64,000 nt of DNA from Octopus vulgaris (GCA_951406725.2 OX597814.1:191146001-191210000), one strand, 5' to 3'; positions 1-14,500 are shown, numbered from the stretch's first letter. Translations and numbers: made by a program. Notes: generated from the letters alone by a model not told the origin.

Positions 1-1346
1 ATTCTGTTGACTTTTAGTTCGATACTGGTGGTAAGAATTTGCTTCCCAAACACATAGTTTCAGGTTCAGCCCCACTATGTAGCCCGTGGGTGTCTTCTAC
101 TATAGTCCTGGGTTGACCAAAGCCTTATGAGTGGATTTGGTAGATGGAAACTGAAAAGAAACCCATCATATGTATGTAAACTAGCAATTAAGCTAGTTAT
201 AAAAGTGAAATGGATACCCATGGACAAAGGGGTGGTAGGTTGTGACTCCCTTTCGATGATCTCCCCACCACAATGGCAGCTCTCAGTGGGTGTTGGCAGG
301 TGGCACATAAAAGCATCCATTACACTCTCGGAGTGGTTGGCATTAGGAAGGCCATCCAGCTGTAGAAAACCATGCCAAACCAGACTGGTGTCTGGTGTAG
401 CCTTCCAGCTTGCCAACCCGGTCAAACCGTCCAACCCATGCCAGCATGGACAATGGACGTTAAATGATGGTATATATATCTCTTATTATAAAAGGCAGAT
501 TTTATCTGCCTCCCTTTGGGAGTTATAGAAATCTACAATATAGGATTTCTTCAATTACAATTTACCTAGCATTTTTAAGAGTACAATGCATCGGGTCATG
601 CCAGGTCCAGTTTTTAAAATTTAAACTCCAATTAAGCAAAATTTACAGAAAACTCACATTCTGGTGTGTATGTCAAATGCTTTTCTTAGTCTGGTTTACA
701 GCACACGCAAACGCACACACACAGTGTGCAACGAATAAAATGAAAGTAAATAGCGACAGAGTGATTTGAGGAAGACTAAACTGAAAGTATTTAAACCACT
801 ACTCAAAAAATAAAGAAACACAGCAAACAGAAACAAATAAATACATAACGATTTACTCCTCACACAATTTCTTCAATTAGAGTGTACCCATGATTTTTCA
901 GAGTACTTCAGTGGGTGGTGCCATAAAAAATTCCTTTCAATTTTACCACCAATTAAGACAAAATTCGAGAAAACTCAATATTTTAACATATCACTCCGAA
1001 TGCATTGATGTACATGTGTGCGTGCGTGAGTGTGTGTGTGTCATTCCTCACACACATGCATACACATACATATACAACTACATACAAACACGTGTGTGTT
1101 TGTTATTAGTAAAAAAGGCGCCAAAACACAACTCACTTATCATTCCAACACATTTGCAAAGACACACGGACGGACAGAAAAGGTAAATTGGTTTTTATTT
1201 TACTCTGTATATATTTTATTATATAATATTATATATAGATATATGTATATATAATTGCAGTATGAAACAGTGTTTTATGTATAAACAGACGACACTTATA
1301 TATAGTTATTATAATAAGAGATTAATAAATGTATGCATCCGTTTAA

Positions 1347-1673
1347 CCCTTTTGTTACCAAGCCGCCCGAATTTACCTATTCATATTTAAATGAGAATAT
1401 CAGAGCAAATCTCTTTAGTACATTCGTGAAAACACGTATTATACTTCGTAAACACTTCAACTACAGTTTTGTACAAAAATCGAAGTGTAATTTTAATTCC
1501 GTGAATTATGGGAGATTTTTTTCCGAAATTTGTTCCTATTGTGTTTTCAAAATTTGTAATTCTGACAAAAAATGGATACGAATTTCATTATATCAAGCAG
1601 CGAGTCAGAATTCGAAGGATTTTCTACTGAAGACCTTCATAAATCTAACTCTATGACTGAAAAAAAAAAAGCA
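1347..1673 (+). mobile_element. 5' fragment of a piggyBac-type element, truncated at a Helitron insertion
   Basis: Begins TTAA|CCCTTT and is the reverse complement of 38045-38366, including the MDTNFI.SS.SESEFEGFS start. Confidence 0.75.
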
Positions 1674-2067
1674 TCTTTATATAAGAGTGAAGTTGTGTGT
1701 CTGTCTCCTACGATTTAGATTCCTAACTACTCCCACATTTTGCAGTGCAGTTTAACCAAAAGCGGGTATCTTATAGTCATGATTCATATCGAGCCCTTCT
1801 GGGTATTAGCGTGCGTCTACGATGAGTCTACGATTTAAAAAAAATTTACCATCATATTTTTCCATTTTAATGCATTTTTTTCGCTTTTATATAAGGGAAG
1901 TAACTCTCTAAAAATATCTACGATGTGTCAACGATTTAAAAAAAATTTACCTTAATTTTTTTTCAATTTTTAATGCATTTTTTTGCTATTTTTTGGCTAT
2001 AACTCTCTAAAAATGCTTATATAGTTATTTCCCTTACAACCCGAGCAACGCCGGGCGATACTGCTAG
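1674..2067 (+). mobile_element. Non-autonomous Helitron
   Basis: A|TC 5' end; subterminal hairpin CCCGAGCAACGCCGGG; CTAG|T 3' end; no TSD. Confidence 0.85.
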
Positions 2068-2606
2068 TATATATATATATGTGTGTGTGTGTGTGTGCAT
2101 TAGTCTCCTTCTCTTGACATTGTGTGACACTTGTGTTACTGTCACACAAGCCATCTTCCGTGAAAACATGTCTAGTCATGGGGATATATTACCTTACTTG
2201 GAAACAATTGAAGGTTAGCAGTAGGAAGGGCATCTGACTAGAAAATCTGCCACAACAAATTTCATCCAGATCCATGCAAGGACGGAAAAGTGGACATTAA
2301 AATTTTTACAGTTTCTAACATATTCTGCTGTCACCACTCATCTTCAAATTCACTCAATCATCAGTAATTATTTTCAATCCCCTCTTGTACTGCATTTAGA
2401 ATACTGACTATAAATTTTTCTTATCTTATTAGCCACGTCTGTTAGCAGTCTCAACCCGCTATTGAATAATCATCATCAGATCCTCCCACCCCGCTTCAAT
2501 GCTGGTATGGGTTGGATGGTTTCATAAAAGCTGACAAGTCAGAAGAGTGCACCAAGCTCTACTACCAGCTTTGACCTAATGACCAACCACACCTTTTAGC
2601 ATTCAG

Positions 2607-3070
2607 ATGAGAAGACCTGCTGAATCAAGTGAAATCCTAGTCGTGGCCAATGCCGGTGCTGCTTGACTGGCACATAAAAAGCACCATTCAAGCGTGGTCG
2701 ATACCTGTGCCACCTGACTGGCTTGCATGCCGTTGGCATGTAAAATGCACCATTTGAGTGTGGTCAATGGCGGTGTTGCCTGACTGGTTCCCGTGAAGAT
2801 GGCATATAAGCAACATTTGAGCGAGGTTGATGCCAGTGCAGCCTGACTGGCTCCTGTACCGGTGACATGTAAAAAGCACCATTCGAGCATGGTCGATGCC
2901 AGTGCCTCCTGACTGACCCCAAGCACCCATTACACTCTAGGAAGGGCATTCAGCTGTAGAAATCTTACCAGATCAGATTGGAGCCTGGTGCAGCCTCCTG
3001 GCTTGCCAATCCTCAGTCACATTGTGCACCCCATGCCAGTATGGAAAGTGGACGTTAAACAATGATGAGA
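2607..3070 (+). mobile_element. RTE-LINE 3' UTR fragment with tandem ~60-bp units, inside a TTAA-type MITE (~2590-3281)
   Basis: Repeated ggcac(a/g)taaaaagcacc units, then ggaagggcat..agctgtagaaa...ggacgttaaac and a GAT-type tail. Confidence 0.75.
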
Positions 3071-4018
3071 ATGATTACTCTATCAAATGTAATGCTTATT
3101 TCTTCGCATTGATTTAAATTAGTCATGCATTACTGTTGTAGCTTTGGGATTTCAACGACGTGATTGTTTATCTCTAGAATAATATTGTAGGATAAGTGCG
3201 AGAGGCCAGACCTAGTTGGTTTGAAGATAAAATAAGTAGATTACTTTAACTGGATATCTGGTTTCAAAGCTAGAGGGTTAAAGAGTGTATTGGATGCTTT
3301 TTATGTGGCACCAGTGAGGCCACCAAATAACTTGCAAAACAAAGATCTCTCAACAAAGGGGAGTAGTAGTATTGTGGGAGATGGTTTTGTGCCAGGTAAT
3401 GACAGGCTAGAGTACAGTAGAGGAATAGAAACAGGTGCCTTGCAGCAGAGGAGATAACTGTCTACCCCAGTTGTGGAGTAGAGAGAGAGAGAGAGACACA
3501 CACACACACACATAGATAGGAATGTAGTATTTGTGAACAATCAAATTATTAAAAATTAAATCTGATGCTAGTATTGTGTAACTAACCACAAGCACAGGTG
3601 CCAGTGACAAGTGACTGAGGCCTTTGGCAAAATATACTATACATGAGAAGACCTGTCAACCCAAGTGAGATTGTAGTCATGACTGATGCCGATGTTACAT
3701 AACTGGTGGCATGTAAAGAGCACCCACTATACTCTTGGAGTGGTTAGCATTAGGAAGGGTATCCAGCCATAGAAACCATGCCAAATCAGATTGGAACCTG
3801 GTGTGGATCCCCAGCTTGCCAGTTTTCAGTCAAACCAGCCAACCTATGCCAGCATTGAAAACAGACATTAAATGATGATGATGATAAATTATAACATTAC
3901 TAAAATAAATAATTACCACTTAATCAACATGATACAATTTTGATAGATTTCTATCAAATTTTAAATTGCATTAAGAACAATAAATTGAGGAGGAAAGAGT
4001 CACGATAAAAGCACTTAC

Positions 4019-5583
4019 TCTGCCTAAATTAGATTGGTCCTTGTTAACAGCCATATTTCCAGGAACTTTTCTCATAGGCATAGGTCCTGGTGGGCGCTGA
4101 GGTGGTATCTTACCACGACCCATTCCAGGATTCTGGAATTTCATTTGTCTTTCTTGATTTGGAAATACATTAGGTCCTTGTAAGTTCATTTGCCGATTGC
4201 CTTGCTGAGCCCCTACATTATTAATATTTTGAGGGGGGCCCCCAGCTGGGCCACCAAGGTTAGATTGACTGACTTTTCTTACAAGAACTTTTTTAGCATT
4301 AGCAACAGCTTGGCCTTTGCCTGCAACTGAATTCTTGATTACTTTCTTCAAGATTAGGCGAGTTTTCTTCATTAATTCCTGTTTGGGGATATTGCCTTCT
4401 AATTGTTGGGCGAAATCTGGTGGCATGGAACCCTGAGGGGGAAGCATTGGCATAAGGTGACCACCCCTACCAGGTTGCATTCCTCTGCCACGTGACATCA
4501 TGCCGCGTAAACCACCTCGGCCTTGAGGTATTAAATGCCTTTGTGGATTTGAGGGGTGCATAAAGCGCTGTTGTTGAGGGCACATAGGCCTAAGCTGATC
4601 TTGTGGCATACGAGACTGATTAGGTGGACCGAGAAGGCGTGGTTGACCCCGCATTGGTCTAAGTGATGATTGAGGACCAAAATGTCGGAGTCCTGGCCGC
4701 AAAGCAGGTCTCATACCAGATGGTGAAGGATGCCTGAAAACACCAGGAGCTTGTTGTCTCATACCAACTGGAATAGGTGGTCGAAGATGTCCTTGGTTTT
4801 GCCCAGGTCTGATTGGACTGCGCATACCCATTGGCCTTTGAGGACCTTGAGATGGAGAAGGAGGAAAATTTAATAATTGTCCTTCATAGTTTGAATTCTG
4901 CATCTGAGCTTGAGCATTAGGTGATGGCATACGTGGTTGCCCACCAAACTGCATTCGTGGATTAAACATTTTCATCTTCCCACCTCGCATATGCCGCAAA
5001 CCAGGCATTTGTTGTGGAGATGCAAACCCACTTCCTGGGCCTGGTGGACAATTGATCTTGGTACCTAAGTTTTCGTTACTCCCTCTGGCATGTTCACCAT
5101 GATGTTCATTCCCTGCTTTCAGTTCACTCTCCTTAGATATCATATCTCGCTTGGCTTTTTTTGGTGTGGATATTGACTGAAATTGTTGATGTGGTGGAAT
5201 ATATTGCTTCTGATAGAAATTTTTCTCTTCTTCGGAAAGAATCACATTTCCGGCAGATTGGTGTTGATGACGTTCAGACAATGCCTGATTCGTTTGTTGC
5301 CGAGATTCCAGCATTTTGTCTTTCTCTTGTTTCCCGGAAACATTTGTTTTCACTTGTTTGGGTGGTTTCCCATGAAACTGGTGCTGTGATGCGTTCTTAG
5401 CTGCTGCATCTGCAACTGGAGTACTCTGTAATGGTCTTTTACCCAAAATTTGTTGCTTTTTCCCAGGTGGTATTTGAGCTTGGTATGAAGTTAAAGATTT
5501 GTTAACTGCCCCAACTTTTTTCTTCGGTAAGCCATCCAGTAAATGAGCTTTCTGCTCTTCACTTACATCAGCCAGCGTCAGAC
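4019..5583 (-). CDS. RBM33: RBM33-like coding exon 14 (1565 nt; P/G/R/M/Q-rich, RGG motifs)
   Basis: tttccag| ... AGA|gtaagt; lies within ORF 3971-5632; phase 1 to 0. The gene continues left of the window. Confidence 0.9.
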
Positions 5584-8500
5584 CTGGAAATTTAAAAAGT
5601 ACAAAAATGGAAAATATATTAAATATAAGCAAATGAAATTATTGATGAGTTTCATTCCAAAAATTATCTTCATTACCAAACAACAGAGAAATGTTTTAGC
5701 AGAAACATTAATTATAACTAGGCAGAAGGTTATAAATCTGAGGTGGGGAGTTAAATAATTAAATTGAATCCAGTGCTTAACTAGTATTATATTTATCCAT
5801 CCCAGAAGGATGAAAGAATGCCAACCACAGCAAGATTTGAACTAAGAGTAATGATTCTGTATTGGAGGTATAAAATATAATTTAATGCCTGTTTCTTGTG
5901 TTTTTTGGTCTGACAGGAGTTGGTGAGCAAGAGGACAGCATTAAGCTCCAAAGTCTACTTTGGTATGGTTTCTATAGCTAGATGCCGGCCATTTCACAGG
6001 GTCTACAGACATATTTTTCACAAGGTGTACTGTGAGGTTGCCAAGTGACCCTTCAACTGGGTACGGGTGTAGTATTGAGGCAGGTGGTTCTATTTTAGAT
6101 GATTGAAAAGCTAAAGTATGATAGAGGGACAGAAACAGGTGTCTTGCTGTGGGGAAGATACACAGTTACCCCAATTAAAAAAAGAGAGATGATGGTGAAG
6201 ATGTGTCTGGGAATATGAACAAAAACAGGTTGGTTGAAACAAGTGGCACCTCCAATTTACAATACATTTTTCATATTGTAACATAAAAAATAACCTTTGT
6301 TTTTACTCAACAAAACTTTACAATGATGAAAAGGAGGCCTGAAGTTGAAGTAACATAAGTTATGGCCAAAAATGTAGCACAAATGAATCCAAAGACCTAG
6401 TTCTCGGTAACATAATAATGCCAATGATATAATTAAATTAATTAAACCATGCGATTGAGAAGCAAAGAAATTTGCTTCTCAATCGCATGGTTCCAGGTTC
6501 AGTCTCCTTGTGTGACAGCTTGGGCAAGTGTTTTCTGCTAGAGTGCCCTAACCAAAGACTTGTGTGTGGATCTAGTTGACAGAAACTGAAGAAATCTGTT
6601 GTCTATCTATCTATCTATGTGTGTGTGTGTGTCCTTGCCTTGACTTTGTGTGAAAATTCTAAGTAGTAAAGTGGCTGGTGTTAGCAAGGGCGATAGAAGC
6701 CTTGAACCTGTTGGATTCTGTTGATCACTCCAATCCATGCCAGCATGGAAAACCGACATTGAATAGTAGTGATGATAATGAAACGGTATAGGAGGTGAGA
6801 TTTCATCATCATCATTTAACATCTGTTTTCCATTCAGGCATGGGTTGGATGGCATCACAGGAGCTGGCAAGGCCATGGAACACACCAGGTTCTATAGCTG
6901 TTTTGGTTTGGGTTTTACAGCTGGTTGCCTTTACTAAAGCCAACTAATTTACAGAGTGTACTGGGTACCTTTTTACATGGCATCAATGCTTTTTAAGTGG
7001 AATATACACCAGTGCTCTTTACAAAAAACTTTGGTTTTAGGATATCAATTCTGTTGTGGTTGGCACGTCTTCTTGAGTCCTTTGTTACCTCCTTCATAAG
7101 GCTCAGCATTCTGATTTACCAAGTCAAGTGAATACAAACAGCTAATACAAAAAAAAAATGAAGCAACAACATATCAAAGAAAGCAAACTACCCACCTTGC
7201 TCAGCTAATTTGTCTTGCAAATCTTTTCTTCTTTGCTCAGCCTGAAGTAAACGGCGCAGTTCTTTCCGCCGAATCACCTCAGCCCGCATTCGCTTTTGCT
7301 GTTCTAACTTTTCTCGCAACAACTTGGATTCTTCATCCTGAAGTTAATAGGATAAACAGAGAAATACTACTGAGGAATCACAGTTTTCAAAATAAATCAT
7401 TTAAAAAAATATAACATTTATTTATATATATATATATAATTTATTTAAAAGCAGCAGAAATTTAACAAAAGCACTGTATTACATTAGTTTTAAAATGTCA
7501 AGCAATCTTCAGCCACATATAGAATTTTTTAAGTCTTTAATAAAATGAAGTAGCATGAAACGATTGTACTACACTACCTTGGATATCCTTGTTGCTTATT
7601 TTGATTATAATCCCCCCATTTGATTTATTTGGATAATACCATACCAAATTCTGGTGCCTTTAACTTAAGTACCATATTCATTTGAATCTAAATTTTGCTG
7701 AACTTATGTATATATATATATATATATATATGTGACCGTGTGTGTACCGTTGGCGATTTTTTTTCCTCTGTCTTCCCTTCTCCTATGTTTCTGACGAAGA
7801 GTTCCGCTCGAAACGTTAAACCCTCCTTCTTCCCTTCCTTCCTGAGCGTCCAATAATACTATATTTGTTCCACGTCCTTGTGTTGTTGTGTTTTCTCTTT
7901 GTGTTTTCATGTTTGGATTAACTATATATATATATAAAAAGTGATCCAATCAAGAGGTGATGATCTCAGTTATTCTTGCTGAATTCCATCAGAACTATTT
8001 GTTATAATTTCTACACTGATCTTTCCAACAATGGCTGAAGATTTGATTTTTTTAAAATACGATTTTGTCCCAAACAAGGCTTAAGACCACAGTAGCATAA
8101 GGGATCCCAAATAAGGAAAGAAAGGGGCTTACAAGTTCAAAAGATGTCAATTGACAGAACACTTAAAGGATTGAATATCATTGTTTAGACATGGGACTGT
8201 GACCATATTGCAGCACTGCCTCTCTGGACATAATTTGTTACATTGATTCCATTACTTGGTACTTATTTTATTGACCTTGGAAGTATGAAAGGCAAAGTTG
8301 ACAAGAGCAAAGTCAGAATATAATCAAATACCAAATTCCATGGATTCTACTTTCTAGTACCCTTTATATGGTTACAGTTTGCAGATCTCAAACTTTGGCT
8401 TACCAAATTCAATCACAGGGCTTCAGTTGATCTGAGGTTAGAGCAAAAGACACTTGCTCAAGGTGCCACACAGTGAGACTGAACCAGAAACCATGTGGTT

Positions 8501-11500
8501 GAGAAGCAAGCCTCTTAACCATACAACTATGCTTGCGTTCTAATATTTTGTCAAAATATTCTGACAATTAAGGAGGCGAGCTGGCAGAAATGTTAGCATG
8601 CCGGCGAAATGCCTAGCGGTATTATGGCTGTCTTTACGTTCTGAGTTCAAATTCCTCCGATGTTGACTTTGCCTTTCATCCTTTCGGGGTCGATAAATTA
8701 AGTACCAGTTACGCACTGGAGTCGATGTAATCGACTTAATACCTATGTCTGTCCGTGTTTGTCCCCTCTGTGTTTAGCCCCTTGTGGGTAATAAAGAAAT
8801 AGGTATTATGGCTGTCTTTACGTTCTGAGTTCAAATTCCTCCGATGTTGACTTTGACATTCATCCTTTCGGGGTCAATAAATTAAGTACCAGTTGCATAC
8901 TGGGGTCGATCTAATCGACTGCCCCCACCACCTCCCCAAAAAATTTTGGGCCTTGTGCCTAGAGTAGAAAAGCAAATATACTGACAATTTCCTAATGTTA
9001 GATGAAAGCAATAATTTTAAGGAATTAATACGTCAGTGTCTTACATCAGACTGAGTGAGCTGTTTCAGATGAGTTGATACTTTTGGCATCTTGGTTGCTT
9101 GAGTATCCGTATCAGACATTAGTTTTACTTGTGGCAGTGTTGTTAACACCTTGATGTTTTTATTTTGCTGTGTTTGAATCTCTTGTCGGTTTCGCTTTGG
9201 TGATACCAGAGGGTTAACCCTGAAAATATTCAATCAAAAATTAATCAAAGGATGTTCTCAACAAGTAATAAATACATGCATCAATAACTCACATCATGCA
9301 TTATTCTTTTTTTTTTCTTACAAGGGGGCACTGAAAAGTTCCTGGCTTTGGGTGAGAGACAATACAGGAGGATCGGTTAATTATTATTTTATTCAACACT
9401 AGCAGTATCGCCCGGCGTTGCTCGGGTTTGTAAGGGAAATAACTATATAAGCATTTTTAGAGAGTTATAGCCAAAAAATAGCAAAAAAATGCATTAAAAA
9501 TGGAAATAAAATTATGGTAAATTTTTTTTTAATCGTTGACTCATCGTAGACATTTTTAGAGAGTCACTTCCCTTATATAATAGCGAAAAAATGCATTAAT
9601 ATGGAAAAAAATTATGGTAAATTTGTTTTTAAATCGTAGACTCATTGTAGACGCGCGCTAATACCCAGAAGGGCTCGATATGAATCACGGCTATAAGATA
9701 CCCAGTTTTGGTTAAACTGCACCGCAAATTGTGGGAGTAGTTAGGAATCTAAATCGTAGGAGACAGACACACAATCTCTCTTTTATATATAAAGATATTC
9801 CACTACTCAGATTCACACACTTATTGCAATGGTCCTTCAGTTTTTCTAAGCCTTGTAAAAGAAGTCAGAAGGATGGGTCTCCAACTTTTCGTGATACCCT
9901 TAAAGCTAGGAATTTTTCAGTACCCCCTTGTACATGTATTTAACACTTTAGCATTCAAATTATTCTGTCAAATGTAATGCGTATTTATTTGCGAAAATAT
10001 TCAACCAAACATAATCAAAGCAAGTTCTCAACAAGTAATAAATAAATGCATCAAAAACTCATAACATGTATTATTATTATTTTTTTTTCTTATGAGGGGG
10101 TAATGAAAAGTTCCTAGCTTTGGGTAAGAGAAAATATAGGAGGATCATCATCATCATTTAACGTCCGTTCTCCATGCTAGCATGGGTTGGACGGTTCGAC
10201 CGGGGATCTGGGAAGCCAGAAGGCTGCACCAGGCTCCGGTCTTATCTGGCAATGTTTCTACAGCTGGATGCCCTTCCTAATGCCAACCACTCCGTGAGTG
10301 TAGTGGGTGCTTTTTACGTGCTACCAGCACTGGTGCCAGGCAAGGCTGGCATCGACCACGGTTGGATTGGTGCATTTTACGTGCCACCTGCACGGAAGCC
10401 TATCGAGGCGGCACTGGCTTCGGCCACGATTCGGATGGTGCTTTTTACGTGCCACCGACACGGAAGCCAGTCGAGGCGGAGCTGGCATCAGCCATGATTC
10501 GGATAGTGCTTTTTACGTATCTCCAGTCTAGGGGTCCTGGCATCTGCCGGGTGCCAGTCATAGGATTGGTTCAATTTCGATTTTGATCAGTTAATTATTA
10601 TTTTATTCAACATATTCCCCTCTCAGATTCACACACTTATTGCAGTGGTCCTTCAGTTTTTCTAAGCCTTGTAAAAGAAGTCAGAAGGATGGGTCTCCAA
10701 CCTTTTGTGATACCCTTAAAGCTAGGAATTTTTCAGTACCCCCTTGTACATGTATTTAACACTTTAGCATTCAAATTATTCTGTCAAATGTAATGCGTAT
10801 TTATTTGCGAAAATATTCAACCAAACATAATCAAAGCAAGTTCTCAACAAGTAATAAATAAATGCATCAAAAACTCACAACATGTATTATTTTTTTTTTT
10901 TTTCTTACAAGGGGGTAATGAAAAATTCCTGGCTTTGGGTAACAGAAAATACAGGAGGATCAGTTAATTATTATTTTATTCAACATATTCCCCTCTCAGA
11001 TTCACACACTTATTGCAGTGGTCCTTCAGTTTTTCTAAGCCCTGTAAAAGAAGTCAGAAGGTTGGGTCTCCAACCTTTCGTGATACCCTTAAAGCTAGGA
11101 ATTTTTCAGTACCCCCTTGTACATGTATTTAACCCTTTAGCATTCAAACTATTCTATCAAATGTAATGCTTATTTATTTGCATTATTTTGAATTGATCAT
11201 GCACTATATATAGCTTTGAGATTTCACTGATATGAATGTTTATTTTTAATATGATATTGTGGACTAGGTGTGAGAGGCCACATCTAGGTAATCCGATGAT
11301 AAAACAGGTCGAATATTTGGGCTTGATATGGCTGGTTTAAATGCTAAAGGGTTAACAGAAGTGGTACATTTGACATTGCTGTCACACAGTAATGTCAAAG
11401 TTTTAAGAGGTAAATAACCTCAAAAATATTGTTTTCTAAATTCATAACTTTCTCCATGTAAATCATCAGTGACTTTATTGTGTGATGTTCATATTCTGAA

Positions 11501-14500
11501 ATTACGTGAGCCATGGTTATTGTTCTCCGTTGTCATTTCTCTTTAATAGTAGTGCTGAATACAAAGATTTGTAGTTAGAGTTAAAAATTAAAATAATTGT
11601 GAAGAATGAAGAAACATGGGTTCAGCAGTCACCAATTCACCGGTTTTTCTGTTCTCTGGTAGAAAGTGAAAAAAAGGCACGTTAGTTAATATTACACTGA
11701 CCGTAACCTTTGATATTTTCGATGCAGTTTACTGAATGTACTGATTTTTCCGGAGAAATTGCCCCGAGTAGAAGTACGTATTTGCTGCATTGAATTTCCA
11801 TACTGAGACGTTATAGGAGCTGGCATTCTGTGTGAATTTTTTGACATGTCCTGTTGAGACTGGTGTTGAGTAGGTATCATCTCATGATGGGATTGCTTGA
11901 TTGGAAGAAAGAAAATTAGAAACATTGATTAGTTCATAGAGAGCAATCAAGGTAAGAAAAGTCAATTATCTTCAACAGAATGGTAATCAATAACATAATA
12001 GCAATACCAAAGCAGTCATGAAATATAAATATAAAGGTCTTCTAAATCCCAAATAATTTTGAGAGGTAATGTTTAGCTTCAATTTCAAGGTGTTAAGCAG
12101 ATGAGAGACAGATCTCCATCTGGATAGTACATGAGATAAAATTCTCTTGAGATTTGGTAACTTTTTCCCCAACAGCTAAGTGATCTAAAGCAATATAAAA
12201 TAAAGCATGTTGTGGATTTGAGCCCATAATCTGTGAATAAGTAGCCTAATACTTTATCAATTCATCTAGCATAACCTCTATGTATACTTGTTCACTCAGC
12301 AGTGTTGGCCATCTTGCTGAAATGACTCTTAACTGAATAGGATTGGTTATGAGTATCTCTGCAGCTTTCAGATCAGATCGTATTGACCTTGAACATCTGT
12401 ACACTGCTAACCAGCACATTTTGAATAATAACACCTTGTTGTGCCCACATCTCCAGTAAACCATAGATTGGCTTAGAGAATTTACTCTGGAATTCAAGCG
12501 CTTCACAAGGTTATATAGTTAACAAAGGAATGCATCAACAACATCAACATTTTAATGCCTATTTTCCACTCTATATTATGGCAGAATCATTAACACATCA
12601 AAGTGCTTAATGGCATATCTTATTTCTTTATTGCCCACAAGGGGCTAAACAAGGACAGACAAAGGGATTAAGTAGATTACATCGACCCCAGTGCGTAACT
12701 GGTACTTAATTTATCGACCCCGAAAGGATGAAAGGCAAAGTCGACCTCGGCGGAATTTGAACTCAGAACGCAATGACAGACAAAATACCACTAAGCATTT
12801 TGCCCGCGTGCTAACGTTTCTGCCAGCTCACCACCTTCAATGGCATATCTTTCGGCCAAGGTCAATTTTGCCTTTCATCATTTTGGGTTTGATAAAAAAA
12901 GATAAGTACTATTTGAGCACTAGGGTCAATGAAATGCATTAACACCTACTAAAATTGTGGCCTTGCATCAAAATTTGAAACAGTTGTTAATATTTATCTT
13001 ATTATTAAGGTGGCAAGCTGGCAGAATCATTAGCATGCTGGACAAAATGCTGCTAAGCATTTTGTCAGCCTTTACTTTCTGTGTTCAAATTCCACAGAGA
13101 CCAACTTTACCTTTCATCCTTTGAGGGTTGATAAAATAAGTACCAGTTGAGCACTGGGAGTAATGTAATCAACTTACCCCACTCCCTTGAACTTGATAGC
13201 CTTGTGCCAAAATCTGAAGCCAGTATTTATCTTATTATTTATATACAAAATCGTTTCCTTAACCCTTTCATTACTGTATTTATTTTGAGATGCTCTGTGT
13301 TTCTTTCAATTACTTTAAATATAACAAAATTTAGTAAAATAACTTAATTATCCTTCAACTAGTATTAGGAACATAAATTGTGACTAAGGTTTGGTGGAAG
13401 ATTTTAATTCAAAACTTATGAAAACAAGACATTTGTACTCAGAGCCAGAGCTGGTTTCAGCCGGGTTGGTAATGAAAGGGTTAAGACATCTGTGGGAACA
13501 ACTCTTTAATTTTTAATACATTAAGTTCCAACAACAAATAAAGATGTCAATACCTGAACTGGCTGAACTTGATACTGTGGACGTGGTTGGAATGGCTGCT
13601 GCATCGGTGGAGCAGCAGTGGCGCCAGGCTGGTGTTGGGGCACAGAGTGAACTTGTGAAGGATGAAGGGGATGTTGATGAACTTGAGGAGATGGTGGTGG
13701 AGGTGAAGACATAAAGTGAGGAGCCTGTGGTGCAGGCATGAGATGGGACTGGGAAGTTTGGCGGAAAATCATGGATTGGTCATTGACTGGACGGGAGGGG
13801 ACAGGTGCAGGAGCTGATTGGTAGGGCTGACTTATATGGTACACTGAAGGTGGTTGCTGATTTGGTACAGGAGCCAGGCTTTGAATTGGCTGAGGAGCAC
13901 CTGAAGGAAAAAAAATATCAGTGGTATTAAAAGAACTTATTTAACAACAACACTTTTAAAAGTAAATATGTTATCAAAAAAAAAAAAAAAAGTTGCTATT
14001 GTCATCATCATCATCGTTTCCACTTTTCCATGCTTGCATGGATTCGATGGAATTCACTGAGGCAGATAGATTTTCAATGGATGGGTGAACTGTAGAAGTA
14101 TAACCAGTTTATTGGTGTAATTTTTAGTAACAAAATCTTATATGTGCTCCAGCTGAGAACCACTGATCTAAGTTATGGTGTAGGCATGGTCATGTAGATT
14201 CAGTGTCCACTTCATAACTATGTGGTTTCAGGTTCTATTTGTATTTTGGCAAATGTCCTCTATAACCTTGGGCTGACTAATGCTTTGGAAGTGAAATTAG
14301 TAGGCAGAGACAGTATTTGAAGCCCATCGTGTGTGTGGGTGGATGCACATGAATGCATACATGTTGCACTATATTGTATGACATCATTTGAACAATCAGT
14401 GATGTTATGTTCACATCCAGCAGCACATGAACTTTTGACTTGTGACAACCAGTTAAATGAAAAATCCCTTATTTCCAACAGTAAGTGGGAATTGGTTACA

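Larger units (their letters stand above)
9223..11180. repeat. Intronic tandem triplication of a ~370-bp unit containing a mariner-type MITE
   Basis: Units start at ~9223, ~9994 and ~10810 (aaaatattcaa.caaa...). Unit 1 carries a Helitron, unit 2 an RTE 3' fragment, and unit 3 is empty. Confidence 0.85.
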
